Below, in pieces: positions 7,809 to 16,094 of a stretch of 33,109 nt of DNA. The first letter of the stretch is position 1; every line of letters begins with the position of its first letter. The DNA lies in the NCBI GenBank assembly GCA_003132125.1, contig PKWT01000031.1, forward strand, positions 1 through 33,109, read 5' to 3'. The stretch is from Micrococcales bacterium. GTDB lineage: Bacteria; Actinomycetota; Actinomycetes; Actinomycetales; Dermatophilaceae. The notes under the pieces were generated by a model. It did not search any database, was not told where the DNA came from, and saw only the letters and a program-made list of their open reading frames with translations. Both the position numbers and the translations under genes were made by a program.

Positions 7809-8418
7809 CGGGTCCACCTCCTCCCGGGTCGCAAGTCGGGTGTGACAGGTACGTCGCATCACGGGCCGCCAGGACGCCGTCGAGCGGCTGCCCGCACTCA
7901 GAGCACCGCGGCGCCTCAGACGGGCGCCTGTGGGCCGTGGACGGGCAGGAACGCGAGTGCTGACGGAACAGCGGTTCGTCCTCCGGCGGTGTCTCGTGAC
8001 CCGCGATGACCACGGCGCGCTGGCCGTCCTTCGTCGTCTTGGGCCACACCCGACCGTCCGGGTGCGGGAACGGGTCAACCTCGAGGTTCTTGCCCGACTC
8101 GGTGATCACAACCCGCACCGCATGACCACAGCCCGGCGCCTGGCAGACGCTGACCCCCGGGAGCATCCGCTCACGCGCCTCGAGCAACCCCAGGGCACGC
8201 GCCCACGTCTCCACCGACGGCGCAGACGTCAGACCAGCAGCCCGCCGAACCCGGTTACGCCGATCCGCGTCAGCCACCGTCCCACCGACGCACTTCAGCT
8301 CGTACACCCGATACCCCATGCCAGCTGCCGTGGCCGCGAGCGCCTTGGCCTTCTTCTCACGGTTGGCCTCGGCTGTCGGGTTGTGCGCGAAGTGGTCCTG
8401 CGCGCCGGCGGCGCTCAC
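7801..8418 (-). CDS. Hypothetical protein (205 aa) with Cys/His zinc-ribbon-like domain
   Basis: Trimmed from the 361-aa ORF to GTG 8418, which forms a GTGA overlap with the upstream stop. Domain: CQAPGCGHAVRVVITESGKNLEVDPFPHPDG...HSRSCP, plus a C-terminal CSECG. Confidence 0.65.
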   Translation of the reverse strand: MSAAGAQDHFAHNPTAEANREKKAKALAATAAGMGYRVYELKCVGGTVADADRRNRVRRAAGLTSAPSVETWARALGLLEARERMLPGVSVCQAPGCGHAVRVVITESGKNLEVDPFPHPDGRVWPKTTKDGQRAVVIAGHETPPEDEPLFRQHSRSCPSTAHRRPSEAPRCSECGQPLDGVLAARDATYLSHPTCDPGGGGPDG

Positions 8419-8741
8419 TGGTTGGCCAGCTCGAGGAGCACGTCCGCGTGGCAGGGCTGGTTGAGCGGGCACCAGCACGCGAGGTCGCGGCCGGCGAATG
8501 CTGCGCGGATCTCCGGGGCGTCGGGTGCGAACGCCTGCCGGTACATCTCGACAGCCAGCGACGGGGTGACACGGAACTCCCGGACGTAGCGGCCGCCCGG
8601 ACGCTCGTGCTCGACGAACACCGATGAGCCGACCGCCCACGGGTTCCCCCACTTGCTCGGTCTGGCGACGATCACGGCGTCGGGGTTGTCCGCACGCCAT
8701 GGGCGCTGGCGGGACATCTGGACGCGCTTCGGCGCGCTCAC
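8415..8741 (-). CDS. DUF4326-like protein
   Basis: ARPSKWGNPW...GRDLACWCPLNQPCHADVLLELAN matches the DUF4326 signature as I remember it. Start is GTG 8741 (GTGA overlap) or ATG 8717. Confidence 0.75.
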   Translation of the reverse strand: MSAPKRVQMSRQRPWRADNPDAVIVARPSKWGNPWAVGSSVFVEHERPGGRYVREFRVTPSLAVEMYRQAFAPDAPEIRAAFAGRDLACWCPLNQPCHADVLLELANQ

Positions 8742-9136
8742 CGGGACGACTCCGGGCGGTACAGGAGCGTGGCGATGCGTGGGCCCATGAGCGGGCAGTC
8801 GGCTGGTTGGCCCACCCGAACGAACCCGCCGTCTGTCGCCTGCCATTCGTGGCGCGGCCAGCCGGAAAGCCATTCGCGGGAGCCACCGAACTTCTGCCAG
8901 ATCCGGTGCTCGTAGGGCTCGACCGTCATCAAGGTCATCACCACACTCCCCACAGGCAGCGCGTCCATGTCCTCGGCGGTCGCGATCGTCACCGCGGTGG
9001 CGGCCAAGGCGGCACGGGCGAGATGGTGCCAGTACGCCCGAATGTCGTCGTCGGTGGGGTGCTCCGGAATGCCCCAGAGGGCATCCTCGACGAACATCGC
9101 CTCCGCCGCCGCCGCGACCTCCTGTTCGGCGGTCAT
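8738..9136 (-). CDS. Hypothetical protein (132 aa)
   Basis: Trimmed to ATG 9136, which forms an ATGA overlap with the upstream stop. Starts MTAEQEVAAAAEAMFVEDALWGIPEHP. Confidence 0.7.
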   Translation of the reverse strand: MTAEQEVAAAAEAMFVEDALWGIPEHPTDDDIRAYWHHLARAALAATAVTIATAEDMDALPVGSVVMTLMTVEPYEHRIWQKFGGSREWLSGWPRHEWQATDGGFVRVGQPADCPLMGPRIATLLYRPESSR

Positions 9137-9375
9137 CGCTTGAGCCCGAGCAATTCGGCGAGGGCGACGAAGCCTTCGGACACTCCACGACCGATCTCGG
9201 AGAACGCGCCGCCGAGGATCCGGGCGGTGTTCATGTAGGGCTGGAAGATGCACGCCAAGCAGGTCACCTCGGCCAGGGGCGACGCCCAGCCGAGAGGTGC
9301 CTGCTTGCCGCCCTGGCAGATCGGGCTCACCTGCCCCAGACCGCGAGCGTGGATGACTGCTCTGGAGCCGGTCAT
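9133..9375 (-). CDS. Hypothetical protein (80 aa)
   Basis: Trimmed to ATG 9375, which forms an ATGA overlap with the stop of micro-ORF 9372..9515. The upstream part of the listed ORF is Arg-rich junk. Confidence 0.6.
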   Translation of the reverse strand: MTGSRAVIHARGLGQVSPICQGGKQAPLGWASPLAEVTCLACIFQPYMNTARILGGAFSEIGRGVSEGFVALAELLGLKR

Positions 9376-9515
9376 GATGCGAACCCGGGGCGCGCGGCGG
9401 GCGGATCCGCGGGAACGATCACGAGCTTGTACCCGAACGCGGCGACGACCTCGCGGAGCTGGTCGAGCGTGACGGTCCCCGGGATGTCCGGCAGGGGCTT
9501 CGGATCGGTGGTCAC
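9372..9515 (-). CDS. Micro-ORF, 47 aa (VTTDPKPLPDIPGTVTLDQLREVVAAFGYKLVIVPADPPAARPGFAS)
   Basis: Not in the ORF track. Own translation. GTGA overlap with the upstream stop at 9512 and ATGA overlap with the downstream start at 9375. It fills an otherwise unexplained 136-nt gap. Confidence 0.5.
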   Translation of the reverse strand: MTTDPKPLPDIPGTVTLDQLREVVAAFGYKLVIVPADPPAARPGFAS

Positions 9516-9817
9516 GAGATCGCCTCCGATGCGTCCTCGACGTCGACCTCGATGGGGCGCCGGTCGACGAACTCACGAGGGACGACGATGAGGGCCGCTG
9601 GGGCGAGCGGGTCGAAGGCCTCGACGGGCAGGCGCACGGTGACCTTGATGGCCACCTGATCGCGCGCGAGCACCGCCGGCCGGTTCGTGCGCAGCGCGAC
9701 GATCCTGGTCTTCTCGATGCAGCGCAGGCCCGTCTCGGGATCGGGAGAACCGTAGCGAGGCCGCGTTCCCTCGATCACGAGGTATGCCGTGGCATCGACC
9801 TGCTGCTTGGTGGTCAT
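9512..9817 (-). CDS. Hypothetical protein (101 aa)
   Basis: Trimmed to ATG 9817 (ATGA overlap). Starts MTTKQQVDATAYLVIEGTRPRYG. Confidence 0.7.
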   Translation of the reverse strand: MTTKQQVDATAYLVIEGTRPRYGSPDPETGLRCIEKTRIVALRTNRPAVLARDQVAIKVTVRLPVEAFDPLAPAALIVVPREFVDRRPIEVDVEDASEAIS

Positions 9818-10200
9818 AGGACGTTGCCTTCCCAGTGGCACCGGCACCCGCAGGTGGTCGGCTCGTCGGTCTGCTCGTTCCACGCGTCGCCAGCGCACGC
9901 GCGGTGCTTGTTCTGCTCGCAGTCGGGGTTGAGCGGGGTCTTGAGGGTCACCGGCGGCCGGGCTGGCAGGGTGCTGCGCCCGGTGGCGTCGACCTCGAGG
10001 TTCGTGAGCCCGTACCTCAGGCGGATGGTGCTCTCGGAGACACGCTGAGAGACGGACGCGTCGATCACGAACCTGTCCACCGCGTCGGTGAGCTTCTGGA
10101 TCAGCCACTCGGCCGTGGCGAGTACGTCGCGCTCGTCGCTGACTTCTCCGCCGGCCGCCATGACCTTCAGCGCCTCGAGGAGCGACGCGACGGTCACCAC
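9814..10200 (-). CDS. Hypothetical protein (~128 aa) with Cys-rich C-terminus
   Basis: ORF-track protein with C-terminus CEQNKHRACAGDAW...CGCRCHW. GTG 10197 would give a GTGA overlap with the upstream stop. Confidence 0.72.
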   Translation of the reverse strand: MVTVASLLEALKVMAAGGEVSDERDVLATAEWLIQKLTDAVDRFVIDASVSQRVSESTIRLRYGLTNLEVDATGRSTLPARPPVTLKTPLNPDCEQNKHRACAGDAWNEQTDEPTTCGCRCHWEGNVL

Positions 10201-10616
10201 TCGGGGATCTCGGTACGGAACCGGGCCAGCTCGGCGAGGAGCCGGTCAGTCTGCTCCTCGATGTCGCCCTCGATACAGGTCGCGCCCGGCGGGACGTCAC
10301 CGAGGGCCTCCGCGATCCGCCAGCTGATCGCATTGAGCACGACCGAGTCGACGGTCAGGCGCCGGACCTCGGTCGCGCAGCAACCCTCGGGATGCGATGC
10401 GAGCGCGAGGAGCTCGTCAGGATGCAGGACTGGGTGCGGTGCGGTGGTCAGGCCGATCGGCTCCGAGAAGCCCTCGAGCGTGGCGGCCGCGAGCGCGAGG
10501 TTGGCGTGTACCTGGGCGACGGCGATGAAGCCGGTGCGCAGGGAGACGCTGATGGTTTCGCGGGCGTCGTCGAGAGCGGCCCGGGCCTGGTTGCGTTCTT
10601 GGTCGTAGGTGGTCAT
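10194..10616 (-). CDS. Hypothetical protein (140 aa)
   Basis: Trimmed from the 418-aa Pro/Arg-rich ORF to ATG 10616, which forms an ATGA overlap with the upstream stop. Starts MTTYDQERNQARAALDDARE. Confidence 0.72.
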   Translation of the reverse strand: MTTYDQERNQARAALDDARETISVSLRTGFIAVAQVHANLALAAATLEGFSEPIGLTTAPHPVLHPDELLALASHPEGCCATEVRRLTVDSVVLNAISWRIAEALGDVPPGATCIEGDIEEQTDRLLAELARFRTEIPEW

Positions 10617-11272
10617 GCGGTGTACCTGCTTTCGATGTTGAGGGCTTGGCGGTCGCGGAGGATGGTGCGGGCGGTTGAGGAGCAGCGGTGGGCGATCTTG
10701 GCGTCGGAGATGCCCTGGGCTGCGAGGCGAGTGACGATGAGCCGCCTTTCGGTGCGGGTGAGGGGTGTTCGGTGGCCGGTCATGGCGCGTCGGATCGCGA
10801 CCTCGTCGACTGCGGTGCTGGGTGGGGGGCCGAGTGACGGCTTGGCGGTCGGGTCGTCGATCGTGTCGTCGTCCCACGCGAGGGGTGGTGGCCAGCCGGC
10901 GGCCAGTGCGCGGGCCCGCGTGATCGCGGACGGGCCGGGCGTCATGGACAGGCGGTCGTAGAGGGCGGTGATCCGGCGGGCGGTGGTGGCCTCGATGCGG
11001 GGACGCTCGTCGGTGAGGTGGTGCACGGCGGATCGGGTGACGCCCAGGCGCTCGGCGAGGTCGCCATAGGTCCAGCCGATCGCCGAGAGTGCCTGGATCC
11101 GGCGGCGGGTGCCGACCGCGTTCAGCATGTGCGGGTTGCCGGTCAGGACGTCGAGGCGGTAGCGGGACTGGCGGCGGGCGGTGGCGGCGCTGCAGGGCGC
11201 GCAGCGGCACCCTGCGGAGTACCGGGCGGGCGTGCCGTGCCCGGGGGTGGACCCGGGGATGCCGCGGCTCAT
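10613..11272 (-). CDS. Helix-turn-helix DNA-binding protein (219 aa, two HTH-like segments)
   Basis: Trimmed to ATG 11272 (ATGA overlap). Contains the GTPARYSAGCRCAPCSAA motif, HTH GWTYGDLAERLGVTRSAVHHL, and a C-terminal HTH GISDAKIAHRCSSTARTILRDR. Confidence 0.78.
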   Translation of the reverse strand: MSRGIPGSTPGHGTPARYSAGCRCAPCSAATARRQSRYRLDVLTGNPHMLNAVGTRRRIQALSAIGWTYGDLAERLGVTRSAVHHLTDERPRIEATTARRITALYDRLSMTPGPSAITRARALAAGWPPPLAWDDDTIDDPTAKPSLGPPPSTAVDEVAIRRAMTGHRTPLTRTERRLIVTRLAAQGISDAKIAHRCSSTARTILRDRQALNIESRYTA

Positions 11273-11973
11273 ACCCCACCGACAGGTGCGTGGTAGGTGT
11301 CCTGGTCGTCGCGGATAGCCCGCTCCCAGCACTGCCCGCACGCGACGCCGCCGACCATCGACCGGTTGGCGTGGTGCACGGGCGTGCACGCGGCGGCCGC
11401 GACGTCGGCGAGGCAGTGACGGGCGGTGAACCACGTCGACCTGGGTGCACGGCGTTCGGCGATCGCCACCGACTTGTCGTGCAGCTCGCGGGCGAGGGCG
11501 GTTGCCTCGGCGACGGTCATCTCCTTCTTGACCACCATCTCAGTGACGTCACCGGGCAGGGTCCGCAGCAGCAGCCGACCGGTGATCGTCGACGCGGCGT
11601 ACCCGGTGCGCTGGGAGATCTCCGTGATCGTCATACCCGTGTCCCGCAGCGCCTGGAACGCCGCGGCCTGCTCGACGGGGCCGAGGGCCTTGTGCATCGC
11701 CGCGGCGAGCATCACCGCCACGTGAGAGGCCGAGGCCATCCGGGACGAGAGCGCCAGACACGGCAACGACTTCGCGCCGATCAGCTTCGCCGCCGCGAGA
11801 CGACGATGCCCGTCCACGACCACCCACCCGGTGCCCGACTGCGCGACCACGAGCGGCTGGAGCAGACCCACCGCGCGGATCGACGCGGCCAACTCGGTCA
11901 GGTCACCAAGGTCCCGGCGGACGTTGTGCGGGTGCGGGTGGATCTGGTCAACGGCGATCGTCGGGATGCTCAT
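11269..11973 (-). CDS. ParB/Srx-fold (ParB-like nuclease domain) protein, 234 aa
   Basis: [17 protein letters not shown]...[33 protein letters not shown] is the ParB N-terminal domain with a GxRR arginine patch. An HTH follows ([17 protein letters not shown]), and the C-terminus is Cys-rich. Confidence 0.88.
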   Translation of the reverse strand: MSIPTIAVDQIHPHPHNVRRDLGDLTELAASIRAVGLLQPLVVAQSGTGWVVVDGHRRLAAAKLIGAKSLPCLALSSRMASASHVAVMLAAAMHKALGPVEQAAAFQALRDTGMTITEISQRTGYAASTITGRLLLRTLPGDVTEMVVKKEMTVAEATALARELHDKSVAIAERRAPRSTWFTARHCLADVAAAACTPVHHANRSMVGGVACGQCWERAIRDDQDTYHAPVGGV

Positions 11974-13028
11974 GACCTCTCCCGCAGGGTTGCGAGCGCG
12001 GCCGGAAGCTCATCGGGTGCGGTGAGGACGTCGCGGGCCCGGGATCCGTTGCGCGGGCTGACGATGCCGGCGGCCGCGAGCGCGTCCATGAGCCGCTCGG
12101 ACTTCGCGAAGCCGACCCGGAGCTTGCGTTGCAGCATCGACGGTGACCCGAACTGGGTCGTGATGACAAGGTCTGCGGCCTGGGCGAGGAGGTCCGCGTC
12201 GCCCGGGTCGTCGTCGCGGATGATGCGCAGCGTGTTGACGCCGGCGACCAGGACACCGGAGCCGTGGCGGAGGATGTCGGCGGCCTGGCGGGTGAGGTCG
12301 TCGACGACCGCGGCCGGGACCGCGACCTTGACGGGGCGGCGGATCGGGTCGAGGACACCGGCCCACTCCACGGTGCGATCGGTGTCCTTGCGCCGGTCAT
12401 CCTCGTCGACGAGTGACGTCTCGCAGAACCCGAGGAGCGCGTCACCACACCGGATCACCAGGCTCTGGGATCTCGCGGTGATGATCGGCAACGATCCCCA
12501 CGCGGCCGCCGACGCCACGAACCGGCCCAGCAGGGCCATGTCCGCGCGAACTTGCACCGTCGACACCTGGCGGGACGTGAGGGCCGCGTGCATGATCCGA
12601 GGCAGATCCGGGTACGTGTCATCGCCAGTGATCTGGATGTGCGGGACCGTCAGCGAGCGCCCGTCGAGGAAGTCGGAGAGCTCGGTGAGCACGACGCGGT
12701 GATCGGTGCGTTCGATGCGCAGGTCCTGGTTGTCCCACATCATGCGGGCGTCCGGGTCTGAGGGGGCGCGGAACACCGCGAGGACGGCCTTGGCGGCCGC
12801 GACGGACAGGTCCCAGCCGTCCGCACCGCCGTCGAGGTGCTCGGCGCCCGTGCACCGTGCTACGACCCCGGTGTGACGGTCCGTCGCCCACACGAGCAGG
12901 GCGCCGCTGATCGGCAGGAACCGCAGGCGCCCGAAGTCGGGGGTCGACTCGGACTCCTTGCCGGCGTGCGGGAGGACCGAGGCGATCGCGGCACGCATCT
13001 GGCCCCGGCGGACCGTCATGGTCGTCAC
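11970..13028 (-). CDS. Beta-sliding-clamp-like N-terminal region fused to an FtsK gamma-type winged helix (about 352 aa)
   Basis: Trimmed from the 532-aa ORF to GTG 13028 (GTGA overlap); ATG 13019 is an alternative. N-terminus [36 protein letters not shown]...[11 protein letters not shown] resembles DnaN domain patterns. C-terminus [49 protein letters not shown] matches the FtsK gamma consensus. Confidence 0.75.
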   Translation of the reverse strand: MTTMTVRRGQMRAAIASVLPHAGKESESTPDFGRLRFLPISGALLVWATDRHTGVVARCTGAEHLDGGADGWDLSVAAAKAVLAVFRAPSDPDARMMWDNQDLRIERTDHRVVLTELSDFLDGRSLTVPHIQITGDDTYPDLPRIMHAALTSRQVSTVQVRADMALLGRFVASAAAWGSLPIITARSQSLVIRCGDALLGFCETSLVDEDDRRKDTDRTVEWAGVLDPIRRPVKVAVPAAVVDDLTRQAADILRHGSGVLVAGVNTLRIIRDDDPGDADLLAQAADLVITTQFGSPSMLQRKLRVGFAKSERLMDALAAAGIVSPRNGSRARDVLTAPDELPAALATLRERS

Positions 13029-14557
13029 GGCTTGGCCTTCGTGTGGGTGTCGATCGCGAGCTGCTCGACGGCCGCGAGGGGGTAGCCCCACGCGGCCAGG
13101 CGCACCAGGTGCGCGACCCAGACCGGCGCCTCGTAGCTCTGGCGCGCGTGCCAGAAGTCGCGCGCCCAACCGTGCTCGGCCTGCGCGGCCGCGAGCGCGA
13201 CCAGGTAGCGCAGTGCGGGGCCGGGCCGGTTGAAGTCGCGGAGCAGGTTCCGGTTGAAGTCGCGGAGCAGGTCCCGGTCGGAGAGCTTCTTGTCGCCGTA
13301 GAGCAGCTCCTGCGCCAGGGCGTCGTCGAGGAGGTTGAAGCGGCCGGCGTGCAGGATCTCGGCGACATAGGACTCGGCGTCGGCCGGCAGCACGGTGCGC
13401 TGCAGGAAGTCGTGGATCCACGCGCGGCGGACCGTGAACGCGGCATCGGAGGCCTTGTTGTTCGCGATCAGGGCGCGACGCTCGGCCTTCTGGTCCTCGT
13501 CCTGAGGGCCCGACGTCGCACCGGAGGACGCCTGCGCGTACCGGTTGACGTGACCGAGCATCTTCCACATCACGCAGTAGCAGGTGATGTCCGCGACGAA
13601 GCCGCGGTTGGCGGAGTGGTCGGACCAGTCGGGCTGCGCGGAGACGAAGACGCGGTGCCCGGGGCAGTCGGCGTGGTTCTCCGGGGTCAACCTCACCCTG
13701 CCGGCCTTGTCCTTGAGCTGGTCGATCTGCTCGACGTCCTTCGACCCGTACTTCGGACGTTCGTCCAGGGCAAGGATCCCCGCCGGCAACGCGGCCACAG
13801 CGGCAGCGATCACCACCGCACGGCGACGGTCGTCGCGGAACCCCTGGGCGGCGTGGACGAAGTCGCCCTGGTCTTCGGCGGCGACCTCCTCCAGTTCCCT
13901 GATGGTGTCCGGGGCGTCTTCGAACTCCGCAAGCACCGCCAGCTGGTCGATCGTCAGATCCGGGTGGGCCGCCATCGACGTCGACGCGGCCTTCGACGCG
14001 GCCACGAGAAGGGCCTGCTCGACGGTCCTCTTCGGCTGACCGGTGCGCTTCGCGATCGTCGTCGCGGACCGCCCGAACGCGGCGAGCTGCTCGAACGCAC
14101 GAACCTGCTCACCGTCCGTCAAGGCCTCGCGACCGGTGTTCGCGGTGAGCTGGTCCCAGATGCGGGCCTCGTCGTCACCGACCGGGGGAAGCATCGCGAT
14201 CGGCACCGACGTCAGACCGAGCTCCAGGGCGACGACGAGGCGCCGCTGCCCATCGACGACCAGCAGATTGCCCAGTGGGTCCGTCCGGCACAACAGCGGG
14301 ACCAGCACACCGTGCTCGGCGACCAGGGCCTTGAACTCCGGCGTGATCTTCAGGTCCGCGCGAGTGTTCGTGTCCAGGGTCAGCGTCGCCGGGTCAACCT
14401 CGACCCGCTCGAGACCGAGGACCTGGTGGCGACCGCCGAGGACCTCGTGACCGGCACCCGTGAGAGTGTCCAAGGCGGGCGACGGGCGGGCCTCGGTCGG
14501 CGCGGCCGCCGGCACCGGCGTGCGCTTGGTCGCGGGCTTCTTCGCAACGGTCGTCAC
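13025..14557 (-). CDS. Large ParB N-terminal-domain protein (510 aa)
   Basis: [21 protein letters not shown]...[33 protein letters not shown] is a ParB/Srx domain with a GxRR patch. An HTH follows ([19 protein letters not shown]), then a long C-terminal region of unknown type. Confidence 0.85.
   Translation of the reverse strand: MTTVAKKPATKRTPVPAAAPTEARPSPALDTLTGAGHEVLGGRHQVLGLERVEVDPATLTLDTNTRADLKITPEFKALVAEHGVLVPLLCRTDPLGNLLVVDGQRRLVVALELGLTSVPIAMLPPVGDDEARIWDQLTANTGREALTDGEQVRAFEQLAAFGRSATTIAKRTGQPKRTVEQALLVAASKAASTSMAAHPDLTIDQLAVLAEFEDAPDTIRELEEVAAEDQGDFVHAAQGFRDDRRRAVVIAAAVAALPAGILALDERPKYGSKDVEQIDQLKDKAGRVRLTPENHADCPGHRVFVSAQPDWSDHSANRGFVADITCYCVMWKMLGHVNRYAQASSGATSGPQDEDQKAERRALIANNKASDAAFTVRRAWIHDFLQRTVLPADAESYVAEILHAGRFNLLDDALAQELLYGDKKLSDRDLLRDFNRNLLRDFNRPGPALRYLVALAAAQAEHGWARDFWHARQSYEAPVWVAHLVRLAAWGYPLAAVEQLAIDTHTKAKP
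13229..13276. repeat. 24-bp tandem duplication (2 copies, 1 mismatch) inside the 510-aa ParB-like gene, encoding [15 protein letters not shown]
   Basis: gttgaagtcgcggagcaggttccg / gttgaagtcgcggagcaggtcccg, read directly from the sequence. Confidence 0.9.
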
Positions 14558-14781
14558 GAGGCCACCTCGCCGAGGACAGCCCTCAGGTCGGCGAGGTCGG
14601 CCTTGAGCAGGCGCGACGTCTCCTCGGCGAAGTCGAGGTTGTTTCGGGCGTTCTCGACGTCCGTCGCTGCGCGGATGACCTTGGGGAGCAGGTCGTCGAT
14701 CTCCGCCTCGAGGATGGCGCGGACCGATGCCGGGATCACGACCATGGGCACGATCTTGAGGTCGATGTTGGCGGTACTCAT
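14554..14781 (-). CDS. Hypothetical small helical protein (75 aa) preceding the ParB-like gene
   Basis: Trimmed to ATG 14781 (ATGA overlap). Its stop overlaps the GTG start of the ParB-like gene. Starts MSTANIDLKIVPMVVIPASVRAILEAEIDDL. Confidence 0.65.
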   Translation of the reverse strand: MSTANIDLKIVPMVVIPASVRAILEAEIDDLLPKVIRAATDVENARNNLDFAEETSRLLKADLADLRAVLGEVAS

Positions 14782-15086
14782 TCGGGGGTTCCTTCCGTGG
14801 CCGTCGAGGCCGGTTCGGTACGGTGTGCGGCTACCCGGGCGGGGCAGGTCGCAAAGTGGGTGATGGCCGGGTGCTCGGCCGGACCGATCGGGACGTCGGC
14901 CGTGATCGGGCGGCACGTGGTCCACCCGGACGAGACGGCATGCGACGGGGCCAGCCCATCGGGAAGGTGCGGGTCCAGGGGCAGGAACTTGCGGGGGCGA
15001 CCAGCGACCAGGTGCGTGGGGATGACCATCACCAAGACGAGCGGCCTACCGCAGGAACGGCACCGGGTCGTGCGCCGGCGGCTCAC
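14778..15086 (-). CDS. Cys/His zinc-ribbon-like domain protein (102 aa), paralogous to part of 7801..8418
   Basis: Trimmed to GTG 15086 (GTGA overlap). RCRSCGRPLVLV...FLPLDPHLPDG...CRPITADVPIGPAEHPAITHFATCP. Confidence 0.62.
   Translation of the reverse strand: MSRRRTTRCRSCGRPLVLVMVIPTHLVAGRPRKFLPLDPHLPDGLAPSHAVSSGWTTCRPITADVPIGPAEHPAITHFATCPARVAAHRTEPASTATEGTPE
14874..14913. repeat. Copy A of a dispersed 40-nt repeat (37/40 identical to 16725..16764)
   Basis: Hand alignment: ctcggccggaccgatcgggacgtcggccgtgatcgggcgg versus ctcggccgggccgaccgggacatcggccgtgatcgggcgg. Flanks are unrelated. Confidence 0.85.
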
Positions 15087-15409
15087 GGCTCCACGCCGAT
15101 CCGCCGGTACACGCGCACCGTCGCCGCGTGCGCCGTCTCGCCCGTGGACGGGACACGGACGTCGTAGTCCACGCCCCACGCGGACACCTTCACCGGGAGG
15201 ATCAACCCGGCCGCGATCGCCCGGTTGAACAGGCCACCACGCTGACCCGCCGGGACCTCGGCCGCGTCCAGGCGGCGCCGCACGTCGTTGACCGTGAACT
15301 TCCGGCCCACCGGGACCGAGGCGATGACCGTCATGAACGCCGCCTCGGTGTCCTCGGACAGCTCGATCAGGGAGATCTCCTGCCACGGCGCACTCGTCGA
15401 CGTCGTCAC
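15083..15409 (-). CDS. Hypothetical protein (108 aa)
   Basis: Trimmed from the 227-aa ORF to GTG 15409 (GTGA overlap). Starts VTTSTSAPWQEISLIELSEDTEAAFMTV. Confidence 0.62.
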   Translation of the reverse strand: MTTSTSAPWQEISLIELSEDTEAAFMTVIASVPVGRKFTVNDVRRRLDAAEVPAGQRGGLFNRAIAAGLILPVKVSAWGVDYDVRVPSTGETAHAATVRVYRRIGVEP

Positions 15410-15696
15410 CACGAGTCCTGCTCCTCGAAGGCCCACAGCGAGGCGGCCTTGAACGCGGTGCGGATCCGGTTCTGGCGGCGTACCGCGGACGGCTCCGCCT
15501 GGGCGTCGTTGATCGGGCCGCCCAGCAGCGCGCGTCCGGCCGTGCCGTCGCCGGCGAGCAGGAGCGTGCGGTCCAACGGGTTGAGGATCTTGGCGCCGCC
15601 GTCGATGAGCGCGAGGAAGGCGGCCTGGTGCTCGGCGCGGGTCTCGGCGATCGCCGCCGACAGGACCGCCTCGGTGACCGACGGGCCCCGGGTCAC
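15406..15696 (-). CDS. Hypothetical protein (96 aa)
   Basis: Trimmed to GTG 15696 (GTGA overlap). Starts VTRGPSVTEAVLSAAIAETRAEHQAAFLALIDGG. Confidence 0.6.
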   Translation of the reverse strand: MTRGPSVTEAVLSAAIAETRAEHQAAFLALIDGGAKILNPLDRTLLLAGDGTAGRALLGGPINDAQAEPSAVRRQNRIRTAFKAASLWAFEEQDSW

Positions 15697-16094
15697 GCGA
15701 CACCGCCCCACACCGCGAGGATGAAACACCCATCGCCGGCAGCGTGGCGGCCGGTGTGCCCGGCACGGCGCGTGCACGTCCAGTGCGCCGTACCCAACGA
15801 GCGACGCGTCCGCGCAGTACAGACAGAGGGCCAGCAGGAACGGGTCAGGTCCGGGACCATCGCCCCGGTCCCGTACAGCTCCGCGGGCATCTCCCAGAAG
15901 ACCAGGGAACGTGGACGACGCCGGGGTCCGGCACCGCGGCGGACCGCGGACTCCAGGACCGGGCGGTCCTCGATCTGCAGAGCCCGAAGCGCCGGCGCTA
16001 GCTCGAGCAGGTCGAAGAGCCGCGCCAGCTCGTCCGCGCGCTCGATCTCCGTCATCGGCGGGCGCAGCTCGTAGGTACCCGGGTCGATGGTCAC
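15693..16094 (-). CDS. Hypothetical protein (133 aa) with C-terminal Cys/His cluster
   Basis: Trimmed to GTG 16094, which forms a GTGA overlap with micro-ORF 16091..16261. C-terminus CTARTRRSLGTAHWTCTRRAGHTGRHAAGDGC. Confidence 0.6.
   Translation of the reverse strand: MTIDPGTYELRPPMTEIERADELARLFDLLELAPALRALQIEDRPVLESAVRRGAGPRRRPRSLVFWEMPAELYGTGAMVPDLTRSCWPSVCTARTRRSLGTAHWTCTRRAGHTGRHAAGDGCFILAVWGGVA

Noticed and set aside
7801-8886. Long N-terminal extensions of several ORF-track entries. Examples are 7801..8886, 8415..9188, 10194..11450, 10613..11434, 11970..13568, 15083..15766, 5679..6431 and 20149..20805.
   Set aside because: The extensions overlap the preceding well-supported gene in another frame and are Arg/Pro-rich. 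In each case an ATG or GTG forming a 4-nt overlap with the upstream stop gives a clean gene boundary.
13569-13592. Inverted repeat acatcac-N10-gtgatgt inside the 510-aa ParB-like gene as a possible parS-like site.
   Set aside because: The arms are only 7 bp, it occurs once, and it lies in coding sequence. That is too weak to call without binding data.
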